Shown: positions 25,152 to 35,100 of the stretch, piece after piece
How positions within the stretch are numbered: the first letter of the stretch is position 1
How the letters are laid out: each line of letters starts with the position of its first letter
Origin: a virus
Virus record (IMG/VR): IMGVR_UViG_3300035649_000033
Span: 1 to 40,040 of that record
DNA: 40,040 nucleotides
Strand: one strand, 5' to 3'
Translations under genes and position numbers: made by a program
Notes under the pieces: model-generated
The model's input: the letters and a program-made list of their open reading frames with translations, nothing else
Database searches by the model: none
What the model was told of the DNA's origin: nothing

Positions 25152-25960
25152 TGGCGCTTTACGACCTCACAATACCGGCCGCGACCGGTCAATTATCCAT
25201 GGAACAGCGGCAGATGCTCAACTATATCTATCAGATGAACGAGCAGTTGCAATATGTGCTGAACAACCTCGATACGGATAATTTTGCACCGGCAGCTCGC
25301 GTGCAGTTTGAAGGCGGGGCGAACGCAGCGGCAAAGATCGTGGAGCTTACGCAGACGCAGCGGGAGTATTTTGAGAAGCTGCGCGCAGAGATCATCTCCA
25401 ACGCCGTTGAAATTGCACTCGATTACAATACGCAGTTTGAACAGACGGATCAAATGCTGCAGTCCCTCGCCGAACGGCTGACCGTCGCAACCACTTATAC
25501 CTACGAAGAAACAATCCTCGATGAGAACGGCAACGCGGTTACACAGGAAGTCACCAAGACCCTGCTGGAATACGTTGTGAGCACGCTGAAGCAGACGGCG
25601 ACGGATATTCAGATGAATTTTGCAACCAAGGCCGAGGTTCAGACGGTAGATCAGAATGCACAGGACAGGCTGGATGCGTATAAGTACAGCATGTCCACCT
25701 ATATCCGGTTTTCCGAAGCAGGCATTGAGATCGGGAAGACAGAGAATGATGAAACGCTTCCCTATGCGGTACGCATCACGAACGAAAAAATGTCTTTTTT
25801 GGCAAATGGCGTGGAGGTCGCCTACATCCGATACAACAAGCTGTACATCAGCCAGGCGGAGATTATGGACAGACTGGCAATCGGCAACGCCGCGAACGGC
25901 GGATACTTTGAATTTATCACAGCGCCTACGGGATTAGGGCTGAAATGGAGGGTTGGGTAA
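25151..25960 (+). CDS. Tail-associated structural protein
   Basis: TAATG coupling on both sides. N-terminal coiled coil, beta-rich C-terminus. Confidence 0.55.
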   Translation: MALYDLTIPAATGQLSMEQRQMLNYIYQMNEQLQYVLNNLDTDNFAPAARVQFEGGANAAAKIVELTQTQREYFEKLRAEIISNAVEIALDYNTQFEQTDQMLQSLAERLTVATTYTYEETILDENGNAVTQEVTKTLLEYVVSTLKQTATDIQMNFATKAEVQTVDQNAQDRLDAYKYSMSTYIRFSEAGIEIGKTENDETLPYAVRITNEKMSFLANGVEVAYIRYNKLYISQAEIMDRLAIGNAANGGYFEFITAPTGLGLKWRVG

Positions 25961-27663
25961 TGGCTGCATCAGAAAGTTGGACCACAACATGTTCTGGAAC
26001 CTATGGATCAAAATATACGCTAAAGCTGCAATGCACACAGCATAAAAGGAACGTTGCCGCCAATACATCCAATGTCACAGTGACGCTTACCTGCTACAGG
26101 CCGGATGGATCCTCGAGCGGCGCATATAGCCTGACAGCCTCCAACAATAACGCAAAGCTCAGCGTAAACGGTGCGCAGCGGGTAAATAAGAGCCTTGCAA
26201 TAGATATGAGGAACGGAAAGGTTGTCACGCTTGCAACGTGGACGGGAGATATTGCCCATAACAGCGACGGCAGTAAAGTAGTTGCAATCTCTGGCAGCTT
26301 TTCTATGCCGAGCGGTACAGGGTGTTCTGGAGGTAGCATTTCAAAGTCATGGTCGCTGGTGTCTATCCCGCGCGCTTCCTCGATTTCCTCCGTTACTTCA
26401 TCTGTAGCGGCGGGTGGAACTGCTACCGTGAATATTTCTAGAGCCAGCAGTTCTTTCACACATGAAGTTACTTGGTCGATGGGAGGGTATTCCTACAAGC
26501 AGACTGGAGTTGCAACAAGCGCCTCCTATGCGATTCCAATGAGCTGGGTCAACGCGATCCCAAATTCAACGAGCGGGATAGCAACGGTAAAGGTACAGAC
26601 CAAAAATGGTTCAACAAACATTGGCAGCGCGGTATCAAAGACGTTTACCGTGACCGTGCCTTCTTCTGTGGCGCCGTCGTTTAATTTTGGAATCAGCCGT
26701 GTAAATGGATCAGTACCTGACTCGTGGGGCATTTATCTGAAAGGAAAAAGCAAGGCGACTGCGACCATCAGTGGGGCTGCCGGAAGCTATAGCAGCACGA
26801 TTAAATCCTACAGCATCAGCGGCGGGGGAAGCAGTACAACAGGAGCAAGCATGACGACTGGTTTTTTGAACTCTGCCGGGACGGTTACCTTCACAGCGAA
26901 AGTGACGGATTCCCGTGGGCGCACCGCAACGAAAACAGAGTCGATTACCGTCGTCGATTATTTTGCCCCATATGTGTCGGGCGCGTCTGTTTACCGCTGC
27001 AACAGCGCGGGAACGGCCGATTCCAACGGCACATACTTTCGTGCCGCTGCCACGGCCAAATATGCGAGCTGCAGTGGGAAAAACGGTTATTCTCTTCGGG
27101 TTCGATATAAAAAGTCGACGGATAGCGCCTGGTCTGGATATACCAATATATCCAGCGGGAGTTACGTAATCGTTTCCGGGCTATCGACAGAATATTCCTA
27201 CGATATTGAAATTTCCGTCGGCGACTACTTCACCGGGGCAATCTGGCGCTCAACGATTCCGACGGCTGCCTACACGATGCACCTGAAAAAAGGTGGAAAA
27301 GGCATCGCATTCGGCAAGGCTTCCGAGCGGGACAATGCGGTGGAGAGCGCTTGGCCGATCTATATCAACGGGCTTTCCAATTGGAACATCGCACAACCAA
27401 CGATCCTAAACAGCGGGACAAACCTCGATACTGTACGTAAGCCTGGGTTTTACGCAGTTGTATCAAACGCGGAAGCCGAAGGAGTTTCCAACATGCCCTT
27501 TCAGTTAGCGGCCTTTATTGTTGTGGCTCCTTATGGCCTTTCAGCAGATCCAATGGTATCTCAGATCGTTCTGTGCTTTAACGCATCTCGATTTTCTATC
27601 CGTACCTACTACAACTGGGATCCTATCAGATGGACAGGATGGTCGCACTATTATCCAACATAA
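25960..27663 (+). CDS. Receptor-binding/host-specificity protein (DUF859-like N-terminus, knob-like C-terminus)
   Basis: N-terminus YTLKLQCTQHKRNVAANTSNVTVTL...HNSDGSK. S/T-rich Ig-like repeats. C-terminus LDTVRKPGFY...SNMP...W..W knob pattern. Confidence 0.65.
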   Translation: MAASESWTTTCSGTYGSKYTLKLQCTQHKRNVAANTSNVTVTLTCYRPDGSSSGAYSLTASNNNAKLSVNGAQRVNKSLAIDMRNGKVVTLATWTGDIAHNSDGSKVVAISGSFSMPSGTGCSGGSISKSWSLVSIPRASSISSVTSSVAAGGTATVNISRASSSFTHEVTWSMGGYSYKQTGVATSASYAIPMSWVNAIPNSTSGIATVKVQTKNGSTNIGSAVSKTFTVTVPSSVAPSFNFGISRVNGSVPDSWGIYLKGKSKATATISGAAGSYSSTIKSYSISGGGSSTTGASMTTGFLNSAGTVTFTAKVTDSRGRTATKTESITVVDYFAPYVSGASVYRCNSAGTADSNGTYFRAAATAKYASCSGKNGYSLRVRYKKSTDSAWSGYTNISSGSYVIVSGLSTEYSYDIEISVGDYFTGAIWRSTIPTAAYTMHLKKGGKGIAFGKASERDNAVESAWPIYINGLSNWNIAQPTILNSGTNLDTVRKPGFYAVVSNAEAEGVSNMPFQLAAFIVVAPYGLSADPMVSQIVLCFNASRFSIRTYYNWDPIRWTGWSHYYPT

Positions 27664-27678
27664 AGGGAGGGAATGCAC

Positions 27679-29154
27679 ATGGCAACCACTTATAAAATCA
27701 AAAAAGGCGATACGCTCAGCGGCATCGCCTCTCGGTACGGGACGACTGTATCCGCACTGGCGAAGGCCAACAACATCAAAAACCCCAATTTGATTTACGC
27801 CGGGAACACGCTCACAATCCCTGGATCATCCGGCAGCACAACAAAAAAGACAACTACGACTTCCACAACAACCACTGTTACAGCACCGAAAGCACCGGCC
27901 GCGCCGAAGGCGACGCAGACGGCCACTCAGAAAAAAGTTGCGCAGCTCGAATCCAGCAAGCCGACCTATACGCAGTCGGACGCACTCAAACAGGCGGCCG
28001 CCACCCTTGCACAGAAGGAGCAGGCAAAACCAGGCGAGTATCAGAGCAGCTACGCACAGCAGATTCAAGACCTACTCAACAAGGTCACGAACCGCGAGAA
28101 GTTTTCCTACGATATGAACGCTGACCCGCTTTACCAGCAGTACAAGGATCAATACACCCAGCAGGGGCAGATGGCCATGATGGACACCATGGCGAATGCT
28201 GCGGCGCTCACGGGCGGTTACGGCAATTCTTATGCTTCTACGGCCGGGAATCAGGCATATCAGGCGTATCTTGGGCAGTTGAACAATGTGATCCCCGAGC
28301 TTTACAATGCGGCCTATGGACGCTACCGGGATGAAGGAAACGACATGTATCAGCAGTTGGGAGTATTGCAGGGGCTGGAGGAATCCGAATACGGGAAGTA
28401 TCGCGATACGGTTTCCGACTACTACACTGACCTTAATTATTACTACAACAAATATCACGATATGTCAGCGGATGAATACAACAGATACGTCAACGATCTT
28501 TCGGCTTGGCAGCAGGATCGCGCCTACTACTACGGCAAGCAAAACGACGAGCAGCAGCAGGCCAATTGGCTGGAGCAGATGGCCTACCAGAAAGCGCAGG
28601 ACGACCTGGCGCGCCAGCAGTGGGAAAAGCAGTTCGCCTACCAGAAGGAGCAGGATGCAAAGAGCCTGGCGCTCTCCTATGCACAGCTCAACGCGCAGAA
28701 GGCGGCAAGCGCAGCGTCGAGAAGCAGTGGGTCCAGCAGTAGCTCGAGCAAAAAGTCGGCCAATCTCTCAAAATATGAGGATAGACTTGATTATTATGAG
28801 CAGGACATGGGGTATACGCCGCAGGAGCTTGCAAAAGTGATCGCGGGATTTGGGCTTGATACAGCCAGCTCTCAGGAGCTCGCGCGGATGTATGGCTGTT
28901 ACAACGAATATGCAACGCTTACCGGCTCCGGCAACGGTGGAAGCACGAGCAGCAAAAAGAATTCCAGTTCCACTTCTTCCGCCGCAGTGAAGAATGACCA
29001 AAACAGTATTTTGGCGCTGGGATACGGCCCAATCAATGACGCTGAACTAAAAAGGCTGCTTGCGGAAGGAAAAATTACATACACCGTTAAAAACGGAACC
29101 CGCTACTACAAAAAGGTCAACTTCCAGGGAAGCCGGACGTTCCCACTGAAATAA
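27679..29154 (+). CDS. LysM-domain protein with long Q/Y/N-rich region
   Basis: [44 protein letters not shown] is a canonical LysM domain. Confidence 0.75.
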   Translation: MATTYKIKKGDTLSGIASRYGTTVSALAKANNIKNPNLIYAGNTLTIPGSSGSTTKKTTTTSTTTTVTAPKAPAAPKATQTATQKKVAQLESSKPTYTQSDALKQAAATLAQKEQAKPGEYQSSYAQQIQDLLNKVTNREKFSYDMNADPLYQQYKDQYTQQGQMAMMDTMANAAALTGGYGNSYASTAGNQAYQAYLGQLNNVIPELYNAAYGRYRDEGNDMYQQLGVLQGLEESEYGKYRDTVSDYYTDLNYYYNKYHDMSADEYNRYVNDLSAWQQDRAYYYGKQNDEQQQANWLEQMAYQKAQDDLARQQWEKQFAYQKEQDAKSLALSYAQLNAQKAASAASRSSGSSSSSSKKSANLSKYEDRLDYYEQDMGYTPQELAKVIAGFGLDTASSQELARMYGCYNEYATLTGSGNGGSTSSKKNSSSTSSAAVKNDQNSILALGYGPINDAELKRLLAEGKITYTVKNGTRYYKKVNFQGSRTFPLK

Positions 29155-29169
29155 AGGAGGAAGCGGCAG

Positions 29170-32100
29170 ATGAGTATTAAAAAGATCAAAAACTATTTTG
29201 ATCCCCGTGAAAACCTCATTCTAAACCGAGAAGACAAGGATGAAGATGAGCTGACGTTTGAAGATGCGCACAATATTGGCGTGCAGCGCATGAAAGCGGA
29301 GCGCAGCGGCGGCAAGGCCGCAACTTCGTCATCCGCTTCGCGGCCGGCCGCTCAGACTGCTGGCATGCAGGCTACCGGAATGGGACTGATGACGGAGCTG
29401 CAAAAGAACAATCTTAGTTTTGATGACGCCCGGCAGCTTGGTATGCGCAACCATGCGCTCGATTACCAGCGGAAGATCCGCGAGCGAGCGCTCAAAATGC
29501 GGGAAGAATTGAAAAATCAAAAATCCCCCTACGAAGAACTCAGTAAAGAGGACAAAGGGAGCTTGGCACGCCTTTATTCCCTGCAAAATCAGTTGAAAAC
29601 GTTCGCGACATATAATCAGACGAACCCACAGGGCGGGAACCCGATGCTGCAAACACAGAACCCGTACAACTCCGACATCCAGCAGGAGTATAACAAGCTT
29701 TATGCCGATCTCAACAAAAAGGGATATGATGTTACCGAGCTGATGCGCCATTATGAGCGCATTAAAAACGGAGAAGCTGCAGAGAGCATCAAGGGCTACC
29801 TTGCGGAAAAGACAGCAGACCATCCCGCTTTGATGAGTGCCGCCTCCGTGGGGCTGAACCTTGCCACGCTACAAAACAGCTTTCCAAAGGCTGTGAAGGA
29901 TGCTATTTATGATAAGGTGTATGGGACCGATCTCAGCGTCGACACAAACGCCCCGGAATTCTTTGGAACCTACGCCACAAGTGCGGTCAGGCAAAAAGCA
30001 TCCGAGGATATCGTTGAAAAAACGCGTGAAAAATACGGCAACGGAGCTGCGTGGGCGGCAAACCTGCTCTATGGCACAGGAATGTCCATGGCGGATTCCT
30101 TGACCGCAAATGCGCTTGGAGGCTTTACTCCCATTGGGGGTGTGATACAAGGCATCAATGCGGCAAATAGCAGTTTGATCGATGCGAGTGAGCGGGGCGT
30201 TTCGGTAGGAAAGACGCTTCTTACCGCAGCGGCCTCGGGCGTTTTTGAGGGCTTGTTTGAAAATGTAAGTCTGGGGAGCCTGAAGGTGATGCAGCCGGAG
30301 ACAACCAGTACATTGAAAGCGGTAGGCAAGAATATTTTAAAGCAGATGGGTGTAGAAGGCTCGGAAGAAGCAGCTACGGAAATTGCAAATATCGCTTTTG
30401 ACAGCCTTGTGAACGGAGATAAATCCAACATGGCTCTGAAGCGTGCTGCATACGTCAATCAAGGAATGTCCAAGGCAGAAGCAACCAGCCAAGTCATATG
30501 GGATGCAGTGAAGCAGGCTGCAGAGGCTGGGCTTGGCGGAGCATTATCCGGTGTTGGCTTCGGCGGCGGCGCTGCGCTCATGAATTATGCAGCCTACAAT
30601 GGACAGCTGCATCAGATCGGCGCCGAGGCCCTGCAATCCAGCCAATTCAATGCCCGACTGCAAAACGCTTTGCAATTTGAACCCAATAGTTCCATCGGGA
30701 TGCTTGCCGCGCAAATGGCGAACAGGGACAACGTCAGCAACAGGGAGGCTGGACGATTTGTAACGAAATACGACCATGCGGCGGTCGAGGCGATTGAGGG
30801 GGCTCAAAATGAACAGGAAGCACGGGAGGCATACGCACGTTTTGCAGGCTCAGAGGAGGCCGCAGACGACACAGCCTACCTTGCAGGAACGCTCAATGAG
30901 AGGCTGAGGGAACTAGCCCTTCAAAAAACAGATGAAGAGCGGGCAGCAGATAGGGACAATGAAGCGTCCAAGATAGAAAAAGCAGCCCCGCATGCTGCGC
31001 AGGAGGAGGCTGCACGCGCCTCTTCAATGGCCAACGCATCCAACGACTACGTTGGCCGGGAGGGGACAGCACAGCGCATAGATACCACAGCGGCGGAAAG
31101 CGCGCCGCGCACCGCGACTGGCAGATATGTCAGGCGGGACGGAACGGCGTGGCGCACGGGAGCAGGGACAAGCCTGGCCACGGGTACCGCAGCAGAGGAA
31201 GCAGGCGGCCGTTATTCCTCAATGGCACCCGCCAAGCTGGCAAACACGGGAGAAGAAGTTGCTGTGACGGACGTCGCAAGTACAGACGGCGGCGTGACCG
31301 TGAAACTTTCCGACGGGAGAACTGCGAAGCTGGATGAACTGCAATTTGACAGCAACGAAGAAAGAGCACTTTATAGTATGGCGAAGCAGTTCCCGACAGA
31401 TAAGGCCAAATCCTTTGTCAATAATTACGATGGGAAGGTGGAACTGGAAACTTATACGCAGGCTTTCAACGTCCTCTACGATGCGGGCTATCAGGGCAAA
31501 GTGAGCCTAGAAAAAGCAATGCAAAAATTCTCTGATCTTCCCAAGTCCATCCGCAGCTGGTTGCAGTTCCTTTATCTCGCGGGGCAAAACCGCGCGGCGG
31601 TGGATGCTCAAACCAACAAGACAGATCTATCTGTCCAAAAGGAGACTGGAAGCTTTGTCAATGAACTCTCGCCCGGCAGCGAACTGGAGGAATCTCTGAA
31701 AGTGCTCTATGAAGGCGTTGCTGCGAAGACAGGGCAGGATGTGGTGCTGCGTGATCAAATCGAGCACGACGCTAACGGGGCGTTTAACCGCGCTCTTTCC
31801 CAGATCGTTATTTCCGACCAGGCGGACAACAAAGTCGCCACACTCATCCACGAGACGGCGGAATACGTGAGGGAATATAACCCGAAGGGTATGCTTGACC
31901 TGCAGGAAACAATGCTCAGCTGGTACGCAAAGAGCTGCGATTTTGAATCGCTGGCTGATATGGTTGAACACTACCGCGATTTGTATGCCTCAAGCCTTGG
32001 AGATGAAAGCGCGCAGGATGCGATGGGAGAGATGTACAACGACGCTCTGTCAGCATTGTTTACCGATGAGGAAGGCGTGAAAGACCTGCTGAATTGGTTG

Positions 32101-35100
32101 AAAACAGATTCCGGGAAGACTGTGGAGCAACAGAAGAGCTTTCTTCAGACGGTTGTTGACTTATTCGACCGCTTGATCGAGAAGATCACAGGGTATTTCA
32201 AGGAACATAGCCTGCCTGATGGCGCAAAGGGTTTTGAGCGGATGGGCCTCGACCAGATGAAGGCGATCCGCCAGCAGTTCCTTGAGGCAATTGACCAGGC
32301 AAAGGAAAACTATGACGCCGCCACGCAGCAAACATCAGACGGCTTTGCGGAGGTCGAGACTGCCGGAAAAGACAAGCAAGAGATCTCCGTCAAAATGGAA
32401 AATGGGGAAGAGGTAAAGGCTGAGCGCATTGACAGAAGCGACGCAAAATATGCCTTGAACCCTGATTTTGAGCAGCAATACGATCAATGGGACAAGAAAG
32501 ATCCCCGCTGGCGGTTCAAAGTGGGAACGACCTCCGAAGCGCTGAAAAGTATTGGAATCCCAGATAAAAAAATTATATGGGATTCTGGTAAAATTATTAA
32601 AATCAAAGCCAAGCATTCTGGGATGACGGATTCGGTTATCAAGCAAGTGCCGCACATTTTAGAATCTCCGGTTATCATTATGAGATCAAAACAATCCGAC
32701 AGCCGGATCACGATGTTTGGAGAAGTATATGACCGGAACGAAAAGCCCGTCTTAGGTGTTATAGAACTTCATCCCACCCGAAATGGAATCGCGATGGACG
32801 AATTCAAAGTGGCAAGCGCCTATGGGAAGGACAACGCCCAGCGATTCATTAGCAGCAGCGAAATTCTTTATGTAGAGCCAAATAAAAATAGGACGCATAC
32901 ATGGCTGAGGCGTACTGGGCTCCAATTGCCGGTCGGCCTCAACCAATATGGTCCTATTGGTAGAATAGCACGCGCTGATGAAAATGTCAACAGTGAGGCC
33001 TCCACCGATAGCAGTATACGCAACGGTGAGCAAAACGATGCATCCGGCGAGGACGTCAAATACATGTTCGCTGGGGAAAAGGCCAAAACTGCAAACCTGT
33101 CTGCATTAGAGCGCGCCAAGAAGGAGAAAGAAAGCGAGCTGCAACCAGGCGAGATGATCCGGCGTAGTACCGGATGGCACCAGGGAGCAGACGGGAAATG
33201 GCGGTTTGAAATTGACGACAGCAAGGCAAGGCTTGGAGATGAGAACAGCCATAAGCTGGGCAACTTCCTAATTCACGAAGAACTGTATGAGGCGTATCCC
33301 GAGCTGCGGGACGTCAAGGTGGCGGCTCTGCCGGAAAGCACGCCGCTGAACCGGAGAGGAAAATATAACTCAAAAGAAAACACAATCCAATACAACCCGA
33401 ACCTTTCGACCAAAGAACAGATGAAGGTGATGCTGCACGAGATACAGCATATCATCCAAAGAACAGAAGGTTTTGGGAGAGGGGGAAGTGTGGAGTTCTC
33501 CAAAAGGTACTTGTTTAACCGGGCGTACGATTACGCAAAAGCGCTACCTTCCTATCAAAATATGCAAACGCCGGAGCAGCGAGAGCAGTTTGTGATCGAT
33601 CTGATCGCTGCTCAAAGCCGATCAGGGGACCTTGAGGGAGCGGCCGAAGGAGCTTACCGCAATCTGTTCGGGGAAATTGAGGCGCGCAATACCGCCAACC
33701 GCCAGCCGTTAGATCATCGAGGGAGAAAGCTGTCATCACCGGCAAACCCGAAGGGAAGCATTGCCGTCACCGACTGGCGCGCGGAGAACGAACGCTACCG
33801 GAAGAACATGGAAGAAATTGAAGGAGCTATTGCTTCTTCCCAGCAGACGCCATATAATCAGGATAAAGGAGGCAATCTGTATGACGAAGAAAGAAGTTTA
33901 CGAAGCGCTGATGGACGATTTGTTGGGGGACGGGATGCAATACGACGAGAACTACAAACATCCTCCGATGAGCGGGATGGAGTGGATGGAAATGACGAGA
34001 GAATTCTTCAAACTGGAAAAAGAAGTAATGAACAACCCGGAAGCGGCGCAGGAAGAATTTACGACGGAGAACAAGGCGCTGATGGATTGGGTCGAGGAGA
34101 TAAAAATATTTTACGACCTGAAATAGACCAGTCACACCTGCAACTGAAAGACCCCGCCGAAGGCACGCCAGAGTATGCCGAGATGCTCTCTAAGTGGGGA
34201 GCGATCAAGCCGGGGCACAGCCCCTTCCGACACATTGAAGTGCCAAAAAAGACCTCCAGAACGAAAAATGTGCGGCAGTTCGTCCGGACAGTGCTCGAAT
34301 CGAACGCGATTTCGGACGATATGGTAACGGATATTCAGGAATCCGTTGTGAATGAAGCAATGTCCTACATGCCAATTTCCGACAAGCAGGCACAGGAAAC
34401 AGCAAAGAAGCTTTTAAAATCCGGGATGGATAAAGCCTGGCGGCGGTGGAATGCAATTGTTGACGGCGACAGTATGCCTCAAAAGAGCGATATCGCCCTT
34501 GGGGAATACCTGCTGCGCACAGCTGCGGAGAACGGGGACAAAGCAGAGGTGGTGCGCTTGACGGCGGAGATTGCCGAGTTTGGCACGCGAGCGGGCCAGA
34601 ATGTGCAGGCGCTCTCCATGCTGAAAAAGATGAGCGGAGTCGGTCAGCTCGTCTATGTGCAGCGCACGGTGGAAACGATCAACAAAGATTTGCTCAGGCA
34701 ATTTAAGGGAAAAGCTTTCGGCGAAGTGACGATCAACGAGAAGCTTGCGGAGAATCTGGCGAACGCAAAAACGCCAGAAGAAGCGGATGCCGCTGCAATG
34801 GAAATCTACAAGGATGTCGCCGACCAACTACCGCCAACGTGGATTGACAAATGGAATGCTTGGCGCTACCTTTCCATGCTTGGCAATCCGAAAACGCACA
34901 TCCGAAACATCTTGGGTAATGCGGTGTTCGCTCCGGCTGCCCGACTGAAAGATGCAATCGGGGCAGGGATTGAGGTTGCGGCAATCAAGGATGGAGAGCG
35001 GACGAAAGCAGTCGCTCCAAAACAGGAGTATAAAGAGTTTGCAAAGAAAGACTTTGAACAAATGCAGGATATCATCAAATCCGGTGGCAAAATGAACCCC

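Noticed and set aside
25960-27663. Diversity-generating retroelement targeting the receptor-binding protein
   Set aside because: No reverse transcriptase gene and no template/variable repeat pair are visible anywhere in the genome.
33761-33880. Longer version of the embedded ORF (track start 33761)
   Set aside because: The first 40 codons translate to R/T/K-rich junk with no SD. The SD-ATG at 33881 marks where the protein-like sequence and the codon-bias shift begin.
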